Positions 1 through 13,580 of a stretch of DNA of 64,000 bases are shown piece after piece. The DNA is taken from contig CM060733.1 in assembly GCA_030704615.1 (NCBI GenBank), positions 39,990,001 to 40,054,000 of the forward strand, in the 5' to 3' direction. The position numbers and the translations under genes are program-made. Under the pieces are notes generated by a model. That model searched no databases and was not told the DNA's origin. It saw only the letters and a list, made by a program, of their open reading frames with translations. How positions within the stretch are numbered: the stretch's first letter is position 1; each line of letters begins with the position of its first letter. Source of the DNA: Takakia lepidozioides (lineage: Eukaryota; Plantae; Bryophyta).

Positions 1-369
1 CATCAATGTTAATCCTTTCCTTTCGATGTACTTACGGTTCAAGGCAGCCTCAGAGAGTACAAAATACTGAGACTAGCCTACAGTTTATAAAGAGCTCCCA
101 AAACTGAGTGTGAAAGGTTCAACAGCAGAACACCCTATCCCATGCAGTCAACAAACTATAATCAAGCTTGAACTGCAGACAACCAGATGCATATTCTCTG
201 TCTAATGCAAAGAAAGGGTGAACCTGGCCCTGATGAAGTCCAATACTTAGTGATACTTCCAACAATTCAATAGTACGGAACTCTCCAAACAGTGAATAGG
301 TTTTCATCTGAACTAAAAATGACACTCAGCAAAGCTTAGTAAGGTAGACCTGTGAGGGTGAACACTCAC

Positions 370-3300
370 CATCACACCTGAGAAGTAGACTGATGTCACA
401 AGATATAGAATCACAAATATGCTGGAGTCAGAGAGAGGCAAAAAACATGCCTGCAAGTAAGGATCACCCAAATAAGTACTCAAACCAACACCCATTTATT
501 TTGCGGTATAAAGCAAATACGAGAGCAATGCCTTAAAGACACACAGCATTCCGTGTCAATCCCCGAAGAGGTTACCAAATTAACTTTAGGCAATAGCCTT
601 GTACCCATTGTTTCTGTGCCCATTTAGGAGAAGCAGGGGAAGGGCGGGGGTGGGAAGGGGGTTTCAAACTCTCTCAGAAGAGGAAAAGATCTCACAACCA
701 TGCATTTACTACAAATATATCCTTAAAGTATTTAGTCCGCACCTACAAAGCCGTTATCAGACCCTTTTTACCCACTAGGATGTGAAACTCAGCTCAACAA
801 ATGCACCCATTGCACTAGAGTGTTCTTCTAAGGGCTGCCATTAACATCACATTAACCAGCATGATGCAAATCCATCTCTGTCACTATCTCACATGCGCCT
901 GTGGTTGCAGTGCAAATTGCACTGTGGAGACTAAGAGCAGAGAAAAAAGAGGGAGTGAGGGAGGGCCATCTAGTGGGTCGTGCACCTAAGCATCGTGCCA
1001 CAACATACATCGATGTCCAACCACACTTCCTAGCACACAATCCTAGAAAGCTAAGCCACAATGTATAATGTCATAACTAACTAGAAATAAATCATTTCTA
1101 GTTAACCATGACTAAAACCAAGACAAATGTTCAACCTCAGGCCCCTTCAGATCACTTTCCTGCAGTTTGTTGTTGAAGGTGGTGGAGGAGAGACGAGGAG
1201 AGAGAGATCCTTACAACTAAGCCTGCTGGTACCAGAAAGGCCAGAACATTGATATCCATGAAGTAGGACGGCCAAGTGGGAGGCTGGTGTTCACTGACAC
1301 TTGCAATTATTGGAATGTATTTACTTGCGTATGTCCTGGCCCACCCACAGCAACATATTGGGCAGTCAACAAAGCTGCAACTCATACTGACGCCTATATG
1401 ATTTGGCTACGCCCTACCCTAGCATGGACCCCAGGGGAAACTGAGCCTCCCAGAGCTAACTAACCACCAAGGTACAAAACTCAGCCAGTATTTCTCATAG
1501 AAACTTGCCAGCAGTAATTCAGTTGCAAGTCTGGAATTAGAAAGCGAAATCTTGATTCCAGAACTGCTAAAGCAACCTCCTCATGTGTACACATGTGGCT
1601 GGAGTTGCACTGCCTGTCAGACTGTAGTGGAGGGCAAGAGAGAGAAGTAAACACCAAGACTTAGAACCACAGAGGACTTGGCACCGTACAACCACAAAAA
1701 TGTACCAGAGAGAGATAAAAAGTGCCCACGACAGTCTACTGAGATACAGGAAATTACTTACGGATCAAGCAGACTTAAACTGCGTCCACTCCATCCCTTA
1801 GTGGGGCTCGCTGCCACCAGGGCTATTAGAATACCAACCAGTAAGAATGCACCAGCCCTGCACCATCATGGCCCATCGGTGTCACCCTGCTTCTTAGATA
1901 TATAAAGTCGCCATTCCCCAGGTAAAACACTCTTTCGATTCATTCAGCCCAATCCCAAAAAGATTGATATGACATGAAGGGAATACCATCCCTTCACTTT
2001 TCACTTAACAAAGAACTTGGAAGCAAGGATGAAGGGGAATAGCCACTGCGTACGTGCCCACTGTGATAACTAGCGTAAGAGCTATGCGATAGGTTTTCGG
2101 TGTGAGAATACGTCGAATATAATGTACCAAGGCCACAATGTGTAGAATCACAAACACCTGAAGACAAAGAAATGCAGTCACCAAATCATTGCTGTCAGTC
2201 TTGTGACCAAGGACCGCCCTCCCAGACTGATGGATTTACAGAAACACTGGCTTTAGGTCATGGACTGAATAAAGAGCAAGAGCTTGTTTGTGAAGTCTTG
2301 TCACTAGTGTAAGTGAATCCTTCAAATAAGAGACTTCTGTCAATGAGATGATAGGAGCCAAACCAGGAAGGAAGCAAAGTGCTCTGATGTCATGACAGCA
2401 TTAAAGCCCACCACAGGGACCAGGGCCGCTAGCAGCGTGCCCAACACCACCTGTCCCACACACCCATCACCCAAGAATTTTGCTCTTATCTGCCTCCTCT
2501 CACAAAGGTAGCGTCTGTTCCCTCTTGTTCCACCAAAACTGGGCACAGGGTCTATGGCCACAAGGCTACGGTACACATCTTATGAGTATATTCTTATCTC
2601 TCTACCTCCAATCCCTCCTACCCGTAATCCACTCTCTTCCTCCCAATATGCATCTGAAAAATCTCTGCCACTGTCAGTTCCAGTCTAATCTGAAACTTTG
2701 TCTATGGCTCACTGTTAAGCAGGGGGGCCCAAATCTATTGACCAGCTCCTGGAGAAATAACATCCCGCAGAGACTATTTCTAGGCATAAGCATACAGTAA
2801 GCCAGCGCTCACAAGGAGAAGTAAATCAAGAAATTTGTTGTCTCCATTCCTTGCTTTCTCAGGCAGTGTAAGTCTTGGCAGCTAAGGTCTTAATAAATTT
2901 TTCCCTTCACATCAATCTTGTCACAGTATAACTGTGTGTGGTGGTTGCCAGCCATTTTGTCCCGACTCGATGCGTGTACCACTCAGCTGGATGCAAAGCT
3001 CCGCCCCAGCATTCAGACACAAGGAGAGTTGCATCAAGAAGAAGAAGGAATGTACGCAGTTTTCAAGGGGAAAGAAGAATACCAATGGGGCATAGGCAAT
3101 ATATAGGCGTGACGAATAACGGCCAGTGAGGAGGCAAAGTAAGACGTGAATGGGGATAAGGTTGATAATAAATGTGTAGCCACCCCACGAGCACACCTGC
3201 ATCTCACACCAAAAAGAAACTCTCCATTACATTCAAAGTCATCTATTTCCCACAACAAACTAGACATGTGCCTACAGTCTCAAAATCAAGGCTTCTAGCT

Positions 3301-6300
3301 ATTCGAAAACTGAGGGACACATATGCAAACATTGGAGACAGAGATCACTTACCATGTAGAAGTAAGCAAGGGCATTCAGTGTAGCATAAAAGAGTGATCC
3401 CGTATTCAATGTCTGCGGCAGTGCCAAAACCACAGTTGAACTAGACATTACTGAAAAACTCCAGAAGTCACACATGCTGACAGGTCTGCTAGTATTCCCT
3501 GAGCCCTGGGATGTCGTAGCAGACTTATCATAGCCTTGTGGCCATGACCCTGAATCTTACATGGATAGAGTGAGAGGCCCTACCTGAAGGGATCCAGCAG
3601 CAAGGAATATATGGATGACAAGGTGGAGGGAAATTCCCTCAACATCCTCCAGTGCTTCGAAGTAGCCTATAAAACTTCTGAGATGAACATGGCAGACCAA
3701 CCACCTATACACTCACTTGAATCACAAAATGTCCAATCAAGAAAGGTTGGAAGAAAGAATCCACACCTTGATGTACAAGTAAAAAGTGAAAACAAGAGCA
3801 AATATTGCCACCCCTTCATTGTCGTAACTACCAGCAACCGACCTTGATATGTATGATGGCACCTACACCCAAACACAGATCCAAAGGCCACCAGCATTTT
3901 ACAAGAGATAAGCTCAATGATTCAAAGCTATGACTTTGCCTTTTTACAGCCAAGTCACCACAGGCCATTGTCCATCGTGGAGCTGCTTGGGCGGTTTGTC
4001 CATCCCAGGGTATGGAATACCAACATGACAATGACAAAAGACAATGAAGTTTTAAAGTTTCCTGAGTGCTATTTTAGTAGAGAGCAAAATGCTGATCTCA
4101 GCAATGCCACGTAACCTTAAGGAAATGACAGCACCTAGAGAAATTATTTCAGCTTGGCCTCTTACCAAGGCAAGAAGAGTGGCTGCTGTCAGACCCGCAC
4201 CCATCCCCTTCACTTCCTGCAAGGCCACACAGCAGAATCAAGGTACTGCCTATGCCCTGACATACAATCACTGCTTGGCTACTTACTGGAGCATACTAGG
4301 AGCAGAAAAGTAACTATGCAACTGAGTGAGAATATGCTGCTTGATACCTTTAGGTGTCTTTCACTCAGGAATGAGAGTTAGTAAACAGCGCCCTTTCATT
4401 TGTATTATACACAATTCCAGTTTTGTCGAGTCGGCTGCTATGTAAGGGACGAAGACATGATTTACAAGTCGATACTTTGTCCAACAAATAACTGAAAGGA
4501 ACGAGTTTCTTCAATTCTTGCACCCCCTCACTCATTTCTACCACCTGCTACCCACCAATCCTTGGTGTCTCCCATTATGTGTGTCTTCTACTGGACCAAG
4601 GTAAAGATAAAGGACACTCACCTTTGTTAACAAAAAAGTGGCCCAAGCAGCATTTGCTGAAAAGATGGGGGCAGTGAAAACACAGACAGTTTCAACCGAG
4701 ACCGGAATATTCAACTTGTTCACCAACCTGCGTACACCCCAGTTTGAGTCTCTTATGTTCACCACCACAAGATGTAATACCTTGTCCCATGTTATTCTAC
4801 TTTGTTCCATCTGCCCTCAGGGCCCAGCATGGAAATTTTGAGCTGTCTCTCTGTCTCTCTCTCTTTTGGACAAGGTTACACATAAGACTTCCCTTGAACT
4901 TGTTTCCAGTCTGTGACATGGGTGAGGACCTTAAGGATGACCTGAAGCACCTTCCTACCCTCGCACAAGACTGAAATTAAAACTCCAGGCTGGGAGTCTA
5001 CCTTTGAACAATAAACAGATACAGAGAAAATAGGGATATTGTCAATGCCCAATGTGTGGGCAGTCCGAAGTCAATATCCATTTTCTGATACAATGTCCAG
5101 GCTGTTGTCAGAGCGACCCTCTTCAGAACCATCAAGACATAGTTTCTGCACTCTGTTCACCAACATTCAAAATCTTGAGGCAAGCCCTGACCATGTTGGG
5201 GTCTGACTGCTGGGCAGATCACAGAGCAGATTGATGCTTATGTGCAGAGCTTTCTTGCCAAAATCTACAAATTATATGTATGAAGATAAGTCCCACTACT
5301 GGAGTGAGCTCCTCACAAGGTAGTGTCTGTTCCCTCTTGTTCCACCCCACACTGGACGCGGGGTCTCTGACCACAAGGCTACGGAAACAGCATCTTATGA
5401 GTTATTTGAGAGCCCTTTGGGCCTCCCATGGAGGTAATAAATCTCTTTCTAATTTGGGCTTTCACGGAAATTTTATGAAAATTCCTTTCTTTCTGTACAT
5501 TCCTAAGATGATGTGAGGGTAAAGAGAGAATACGGAACATAGGACTATACGAGTTCAACTAGCACCTCTTGTCTCATCCCCCCCACCTGTTTCTTTTTTG
5601 CCTTTCTGCTCCGCCCAAATTGAGTGCATGAGATATGGTCACATGGCAAGGGTAGTGAAAGGTGCATGATGGCATGCCTTGCCTTACCACCACATGCTGC
5701 CTGCCGTCAACGTGAGGCCTGGGTAAACCGTCCCTCCTATAACTCGACCCAAGGGATACCTGAGAGCAGGACCAAGAGCAACACAACCTCCCGCATAAAT
5801 TTCTTTCCTTCCAAATCAATCACAAGTGACCAGGCTGCTTGGCCCTTTCTAACTTTCAAATCTCCAGTGGAGACCACTTCAATCTTTCTCGTGACATCCA
5901 TATACCACACCACCACACAAAGCACGGAGCCCCAACTTCTTTCATCCAGGACATTCTTTCTATGCCAGCGTAAGGATGAACCTACACAATAAGATAGGCA
6001 TGTGCATTCTCATATCTATGGCAACCAATCCAGTAACTATCCAAAGGAATAGGACTATTACTCACCATGTTCTATCATCAAACCAGTTCCAGAAGTCGTA
6101 GATACCAGACTTGATCAGAAACTGTCAAACCACACAAACATTTGTCACATTAAAAGCCTCCTCCACCAATGCACCTCATCTCATTATAGCATATTTAAAC
6201 AGTGGTAAACCATGCATTGAGGGGAATGCTGTGAGTAAACCCTGTGAAGGGCTACTATACTCCACTTCTTTTTGCAAACAGCTTGGGAGGAGCAGATCCA

Positions 6301-9300
6301 TGGCAGTGATATTGGTGGGGACTGTGCGGAGACTTGTGGCGGGAGAGCCCAGACAGCCTATAGACAAAGACGAAGGAAGAGAGGGGAGAGTGGCAGACGT
6401 ATGAAAGTGACTTCTAAGCACCAGCAAGAACAGAGTGAAGACAATTGAGTGGATGCCCATTCAGGATCTAGCATGAGGTAAGAAGATTTTAGGGGTTTAT
6501 CTAAGAGAATGGCATGCTCAAAGTGACAGCAGAAGAATCTCTTGATTGCCCTTTCTTTTCGGCCAGGAAATGAGGAAACATCAAAGCTCAAACCAAAATC
6601 CTGAACACAACCATGGCAAGTAAGAAAAAGCCATCCCCATTAAGCCCAGGGGCCAGAGATCTCCCATCTTTATAACAAAGCCGGACATACCTGCGTGACC
6701 CTGTAATTGAAGTAGGGGTCAAACTCATGTATGACACTTTCGTACTTGATCACCTGCATTTGAATGTTGCAGACAACAAATCATCATGCAGCTCTCCATC
6801 CATCCCATGACCCACCATTCAGTTATTCACCAAAAATTGGACTGGAATGAATTACACAGGTAAACATGTACTTCTTAGCGATATGTTGCGAGCATATCAC
6901 CAACCTGCGGCACTTCTCCAACATTTGACACATGCTGAAGTATGTGAATGAATGCAGTTATTTTCTCCACTACTTGACATTAAACAGGAGGTAACCCACC
7001 ACCAACCCATAGTTTTCTCCCTGGTAATGTTTCCACAAAACTCTAGACGAGGCCATACTCTACAATAGTATCCTGGAAAATGCCCAGTTCCATTCTCATT
7101 TGATGCCTGGAGTAAATAGGTTCCAAGTTCACTCAAGATTAGATCAATTGGAGGTTCAAAACTTCAAGGACCATAAGCAGATACAGGTACCCCCATGGGC
7201 ATGTAATTAGTCGATTACCATTTTGTTATCTGCAGATATACTAGCCCTTCTTTGGCATGGCAGATTTAAATGTGTAGGATTGCTGTGAATCCCCAGTGAT
7301 AGTGAAAAGAAGACACTTTGTAGTGGACTCGTGAAAAATCCCAAACTGGGTACTTCTGACCACATTCTTGTCTGGACTGAGATCAAAAGTGTATTTCACA
7401 CTCTGTAAAACGTTCAACTTGAAAGTGGCGCATAGAAAAATTCCAGAGGGAAGAGGTAGGAGGCTCTCCCACCCTCCATCCAATCGCTCCAATATCTACC
7501 CTCTGGATGCAAGAAGCAAGGTTGAAAGAGCTGTGGACCCTCCGGAAAGTTACGTCACCTGTGGCTGATAAGATATTTGGAAGGAAACTAATAGTATGTG
7601 GAAGAGCAGTGAACTGGTGGACCAATGAGATCAAGCTTACGATCCACCGAGAGAAAGGCAGGAGCTACTGTAATGACAAAGAGCTGTGGTCTAGACATTA
7701 CCAGCTGCAAAAAGATATAATTCAGGTAGCAAAGGCTCACAAGAAAATATTTTGAGTTGTACTGTGACATTAACTTGAACACGGTGGTAATGATAAAAGA
7801 TTCTGGTTGGTCTTACCACTGCAGAGGGTAATACTTAAGTTAAAAGGACCATGCTTTGCTTTACTAGGCCACCTTGGAGTATGCATCTGCTGTGTGGCAG
7901 GGCAACTCCAACCATGATAAAACTTTAGAATCCAATCAGCTTTCGGTGCTCAAGGAGAGCAGGGCAGCATGCTCTAGAACAGATAATGTAGCTGTTCAGG
8001 CTGACTTAGCATACCACCCTCGAGCTCTCGACGTGATGAGTTCAAGGTGGGGAGGTGATCTTTGTAACTCAAAGAAAAATTCCAGTCTTGGGTTTCACCT
8101 ATGATCGAAGGACTTGTTTCCAGTTTGTGACATGGGTGAGGACCTTAAGGATGATCTGAAGGGCTTACCTACCCTCAGCACTAGATTGAAAATTTAAAAC
8201 TCGGGGCTGGCCCTTTGGACAATAAACAGATGCAGAGAAAATAGGGATATTGTCAAAGCGCAATGTGTGGGCAGCCTGAAGACTATCCATATTGTTCTCA
8301 TCGGAGAGCGACCCTCTTCAGTACCATCAAGAACATAGTTCCTGCACCTCTGTTCACCAACAATCACAATCCCGAGGCTAAGCCTAAAGCCCTGGACCTT
8401 CTGGGGTCTAACTGCTGGGCAGATCACACACAGCATATTGATGCTTATGTGAAGAGATTTGAAGAGGAAATTTGGAAAGCACGAACCAATTGTTTTGTAT
8501 CAAGCCCCACTACTGGAGTGAGCCCCTCACAAAGGTAGTGTCTGTTCCCTCTCGGGCGCAGGGTCTTTCACCACTAGGCTAAGGCAAACAACGTCTCGTG
8601 AGTACATCTTCTATGTGTTTGGTAACATGTAACAACCTTGTTTGGTACTGCATGTAAAGTAAACCCATCTATGCTTAAGACTCGTGTAAACAACACAGCT
8701 GCGACTGGTTAATACAGACGTGACTGAAAGGAAAAGCTTTGGAATGACACAAGTAGCTTAGTTGTTCTTAACAAAGCAAATCATATATGACACCAAAAGG
8801 TCATCTTCATTTTTGTTTAGGTTTTGTAAAGCCCAATGTTGTAGAGCCCAAACGTTGACTGGATCAAATCCAGATGTGATCAACAGATGCCCTAGACATA
8901 TGGCCTGGTTACACTTTGTGAGTGTCCATTAGACTGCCTGCTACACTCCGAATGCACAAAAAGTTTGAATGTTTGAGCTGCATTTCTGGACGAGGGGCTC
9001 GCAAGGGCTGTGGACCATTTGAAGAATATGGTGTGTTGAAGAACAAGTTTCAACGTTTTCCTTGCTGGTTCCCAGTTCTGCATCCAGCCATTTGCCATGT
9101 TTGCAAAACCCTCAGATGCTCCTTAACAGTGCGGAAGAGAAAGACCAGTGTTATCAACTCAATTGACAATCACATCAGCAACTCGAGATAAGTCCTCGTG
9201 GATTATTCCCTGTGACCGTTAATACGGCATAGCTGCAGCCTCTAGCGTGCAGGATACTAACCCTCCTGAGTTGGTCGTGGATTTTGGAACACCCCGAAAT

Positions 9301-9966
9301 AGGACTCGACCCAATAATGTCACAGGGGGCGCAGCTCATGACAATCTGGTCAGGGGGAATGGAGCGTTGAATGAAGGGATCGCATTTTTATAAGACAAAG
9401 ATGCGAGGGTAGTCACATCAAGGGAGGGACACAGAGCTAGGTACTCGTTGGCCGCACCCTATGGTAGTGGACATGATACACCCTTAAGAACATCGGAGCC
9501 GATCGCGAGTATTCATCCCCTACGGCACAGAGTCTCCTCGAGTACTTCATGAGAGCAAGTATGGAAGCGCTAGAGCGTCTACAGATTGTTTGGGGAAAAT
9601 GGATGACACTCACAGCTGACCGTGTATATGAGACTCATACTGATCTGAACATAATGTGTGAGAGAGGCAAAGAACGATAACTAAACCCAACAGTGCTACG
9701 CACAAGTGAAGGAAGGAAATTACTTCCATGAAAAAGATCCGACCCCAAAGAAAGTCGTCAAGTCGGAGTCCACCATGTGCAAGGATGCTCTTGTACCGAC
9801 TGCTAAGACTGACATTGCCGCAGACCAGTGGGCACCCTGAAATTTGACCAGAAGCACTTACAGAGAAGATGCGGATGGAGAATGCCAAGATCCCAATAAG
9901 TATAAGTATGGTTGTCGACAGCAACAATCCCAGTGGCCCGCCTTTGGGGGCCTCCTCCACCGCCAT
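370..9966 (-). CDS. STT3A: Oligosaccharyltransferase catalytic subunit STT3A; 14 coding exons visible, gene continues past the left edge
   Basis: GT-AG exons 9966-9862, 6753-6691, 6121-6066, 5759-5688, 4727-4622, 4216-4166, 3862-3767, 3412-3353, 3196-3083, 2450-2364, 2157-2054, 1857-1762, 1335-1215 and 450-370 splice in frame. They give [68 protein letters not shown] and [13 protein letters not shown], all conserved STT3 motifs in plant STT3A form. Confidence 0.96.
2503..2588 (+). mobile_element. 3' tail fragment of an RTE/RTEX-like LINE in an STT3A intron
   Basis: cacaaaggtagcgtctgttccctcttg...gggtctatggccacaaggctacgg...cttatgagta; the same tail recurs at ~5310-5403, ~8525-8605, ~47315-47390 and ~47680-47725. 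Confidence 0.7.
4895..5403 (+). mobile_element. Degenerate 3' portion of an RTE/RTEX-like LINE
   Basis: Aligns by eye with 8110-8605 and 18880-19070. Encodes decayed CPMCGQ..HFLIQCP (C-terminal CCHC-type finger) and LGSDCWADH, and ends in the shared tail. Confidence 0.7.
7300..8605 (+). mobile_element. Degenerate, internally deleted RTE/RTEX-like LINE in STT3A intron 1
   Basis: Fragments [25 protein letters not shown] (post-RT region), CGQPED..CSHRR and [17 protein letters not shown], then the shared 3' tail. Many stops and frameshifts; left boundary approximate. Confidence 0.65.
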
Positions 9967-10395
9967 AGCTCAGACCTGCACACAGCAGCAAAATCAAAGC
10001 CCCTCCCGGCCAGCTTCACCTACACCTCCGACACCTTGCTGCCCTTCAAACAACGATCCTTGCGGATGCTGGATGCCATCAGCACGATGCGTCATCAACG
10101 CACTGGTCTCCCTCGCTGGGAAGAAGCCGCTGCATCCGAGTTGGTCAGCGGCCCCTCTTTTTCCTTTGCCTTGTTCGCTGCTGTTTTCCGTCCGTTCCGT
10201 GGACGAACTGAGGCCTTCCTTTATTCTTTTCTTGTGGCTTCCCCGGAACTTACCACATATCAGGCTGGTCCTTGTACTAGACATATCACAAAACTTTCAT
10301 ACAGTCTGGTCTATATAATGGTGGATGTATTTTTTTCCAGATACTGGTATGAGTATGAGTATCATACCACAATACCAGCTGGTATGAGATATCAA

Positions 10396-13300
10396 TTTTT
10401 TTAAATAATATAGAGGCCCTTTTAATCAAATTAATTAAAAATAGAGTCATATCAATGGAAAAAATAACCACTGCAGAGGCCGTGAGAACTTACTGGGGGG
10501 GGGGGGGGGGGGGACTTCCCCGTGACTGTAGCAAATCAGCTAATAGAGACGAAGGAGAGATCAGAGGGGGTTTTGTGAGTGTTTGAAGGTAATTGAAATG
10601 CTAAGAGATAGAACATGGCGTAAGAGCAGACAAAGCAGAGAAAACCATGCTGCAACTACTGATCCAGTTTTGCAATATTGGAGCTCTAGAAACAATGTAA
10701 GATGCTTTAGAACCGAGAAACAGGAGAGACAATGAGGGTCGGCAGATAGGCCCGCTAGAGGGGAGGCTCCAGCCTGTGACGCTAGTTGTAATCAGCCTCC
10801 TCCCTATCACCAGGGGACCTCACTACAACAAATCGGGGGGGGGGTTGCGACGCCAGCCGCGCCCGCGGCGTTTTTTTGCGGCACCCCAGCGTCGCAATCC
10901 CCCGCTGCGACACCATTACGACGCCCAGCCGTCATAAGGTGGCATGAAGGGGAAAAAAGGGCCCTCGTTGCGACGGATTTTTTTTCTTGCGACGCCCGGT
11001 GTCGGAATTTATTTATTTATTATTATTTGGACGTTGCGACACCTCGACATCGCAAAAGCGTCACTAAGGGCGCCCCAGTGCCTCTGTGATGCCAGGGCGT
11101 CGCAACAGCATCACCACAATGGGAGGTTTTTTTTTTTTTTTTTTTTTTTTTTTGGCTTTGCGGCCCTCAACTTCACAAAAGCGTCGTTGGGGGCACCCCA
11201 CGCTGGGACGCCCAACTTTGCGATGTCAGGGGGTCACAACGGCGTCGCCACAGGGGGGTTGCAATGGTGTTGTGGTCAGCTTAGGTCATCACAAGGACGT
11301 CGCTTGGGACGCCTGGCGGTAGGGGGTACAACAACGGCGACGATGTTGGGGCTGGGGCTGGGGCTAGGCAGTAAGGCTGTGGAGGTTGCAACTCCTCGGC
11401 GTCACAAGAGAGACCCCCTTAGAATGAACTTGAAGGAAATCTTTATGTGTATATATATATTTATATTGCTTTTGTGATACATAGATGTAGTGCAGGTGTG
11501 TTGGTTAGTTTGTAGTGTCTTAGAAATGTTATAACGTGGAGGTCTTAGGTTCAAATACGCATTACATGATATATGTAGAATAATGAACATATCGTCATTA
11601 GACAGAATCAGAGTCAATGGTCAACAAGTTTTTGAAATTCAAATATACCCCCTTAAATTGTGACGTCCGGGCGTCGCACTTTGCGACCCTCGGACGGTGC
11701 TAATTCTGCATTGTAGAGTAGTTTTTTTTTTTTTTTTTTTTTTCCTCCGACGGCCGGGCGTCGCAAATCGCGGTTTCGCATATTTTCGACCCCCATTGGT
11801 CGCAAAATTTGCGATGTTTTTTGGCGACGGGCTTGCGACAGGTTTGCGACGCCCGAGCGTCGCAAATTTGGCTCTTCCCCCCTGCCCGAAAAGGGTCGTT
11901 TTACGACGTCACGGCGTCAACCCCCCCCCCCCCCTTTTTTTTTTTCCTGTAGTGCCTCCCATTGAGTGGGGATGGAGTCTTTCCAAGCAAAGCGGTTGTC
12001 GGGAAGGCTGGTGACGAGCAAGTTGCCTTTGCCCCAGGATTGCATGAAATCTTGAAATAGCTTCCTTCCTCGTTGTTCAGAAGATCTAGAAATAGCTGCA
12101 CACAACGAATCCCACGCTTTTCTCCCCTCAGTCAACAGATCACGAAAAGTGTGGAACAAGACAAATCTGCCTCTGGGGGGCTTGCCCTCATAGACATAGG
12201 AACACCTTGACTTCCAGATATTCTATGAAGTATGGGCTTTGAGCGAGGCCCACACTGGACAGAGGGTTTGCGCCTGATCTGGCACCATGTTGAGAAGCAA
12301 CAAAGACTGAGGAGGAGGGGAGGGATAGGAGGCCCAATGAGAGTAGAACCCCAAAACCTTTCTCCAGATACTACCCGAGAAATTGCAAGACAACAAGCAA
12401 TGTTCAATGGACTCTGGTTCTTGCAGATAGAGAGGGCAGGTAGGATTGTCTAGGTCTGTGGTTAGCTTGACTGGCAAGATTCTGTGGGTCAATTTCCATA
12501 GGAAACCCGAGACCTTTGCTGCCTTGTCTTTCCTCCAGACGTCCTTCCAGATTTTGGCCAAGTTAGACTGGGTGAATTGCAGATTGCTCCATTTTGAAGA
12601 CCATCTTGCCAAAAAGGAACAGGGCAGGTTGATGAGAGAGTAACCCAACTTGACATTGTAGGCGAAAAATGGTGAATGTTTTTTGTCCATCCAATTCCAC
12701 TCGTAGGGATCAAATTGCAGATCCACCAGTGGGCACTTGAGAAACCAGGTGAACGATTGATGTACACCTCATTGAACCTTTTCAAGCATATCTAGCACCT
12801 TGATATGGTATAGGTTCCGCTTGTCCAACGTTATTTCACTGGAGTATGCGAGGTTGCCAACACTGTTTGGTATGAACCCCAATCCTGTGGCCTCCATGTC
12901 ATGAATTGCCAAAATCAGAGCCACTGTTACAAGATTGCATTGATCTGATGCCATCCAGGCAGGGAGAGTGCAATTGTCCTTGGTCTCATCCAGCAGTGGG
13001 AGCATGAACTGAGGGATCTGTGAGATGATTGTGTTCCAGGCTTTTGACCTTCTGCGCCCCACTATTCCAACTATGTCATCCTCTTGAAGGAAATGTCCCT
13101 CAGATCTGGTGCTTGCAATGTACGTAAAACCCTCTCCCTCCAAGAAGGCCCATGAGGGGGTTTGCCTTAGCAAGGAATCAGAGTCCATGTAATAGTTGAG
13201 AAATAGTGGTTGTCGCAGGCATTCCTACAGCATTGTAGGCATTTTCTGGAAAAGATTACCTCTGAGTGTGTGCCAAGCTCTCCAGTTTGATTGCCAAGGT

Positions 13301-13580
13301 TTGGAGTTTCTGCCCTGCACTATCATCTCAGCGAGAAAACCCAAAGGGGGAAGGATGTGGGTGTAGCTCCCATGAGGTATGGCTAAACTAGCTTGCTCCA
13401 TGGGCTGTTGTAGTGCTTGATTGCTCTTGGCACCCACTTTGCCAGTAAAGCCTTAATGTGTGAGCCGGGGTCTATAATACCCAATCCCCCCTGGCTTCTC
13501 TTTTGGCACAGCTGGTCCCAAGAGACAAGGGCTCGTCTGATTGGAGTCGATGGGGTGCTCCCCACATAATTCCTCCGCCA
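10396..13580 (-). mobile_element. 5'-truncated plant L1-type LINE (ORF2 C-terminal part), interrupted by a CACTA element
   Basis: Minus-strand fragments ALVSWDQLCQKRSQGGLGIID..ALLAKW (13383-13586) and the zf-RVT motif IWKDVWRKDKAAKVSGFLWKLTHRILP..CP..ESIEHCLLSC (12223-12726). The reading frame resumes on the far side of the CACTA. A short A7 run at 10396-10402 is the putative tail. Confidence 0.8.
10821..11954. mobile_element. Complete non-autonomous CACTA (EnSpm) DNA transposon
   Basis: Termini CACTACAACAAA (10821) and TTTTCCTGTAGTG (11954). Perfect 3-bp TSD CCT at 10818-10820 and 11955-11957. Many subterminal TTGCGAC/GTCGCAA repeats, AT-rich centre, no transposase. Confidence 0.93.

Noticed and set aside
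9844-10404. Plus-strand ORFs of 186 aa and 149 aa
   Set aside because: Antisense to STT3A exon 1 and its GC-rich 5' region; no recognisable domain.
10944-11477. 177-aa ORF inside the CACTA element
   Set aside because: Arises from GC-rich subterminal repeats and a poly-T run; no transposase motifs.
13503-13575. Annotated TTG start and N-terminus of the 563-aa ORF
   Set aside because: This stretch is antisense L1 ORF2 sequence, not part of the transposase.
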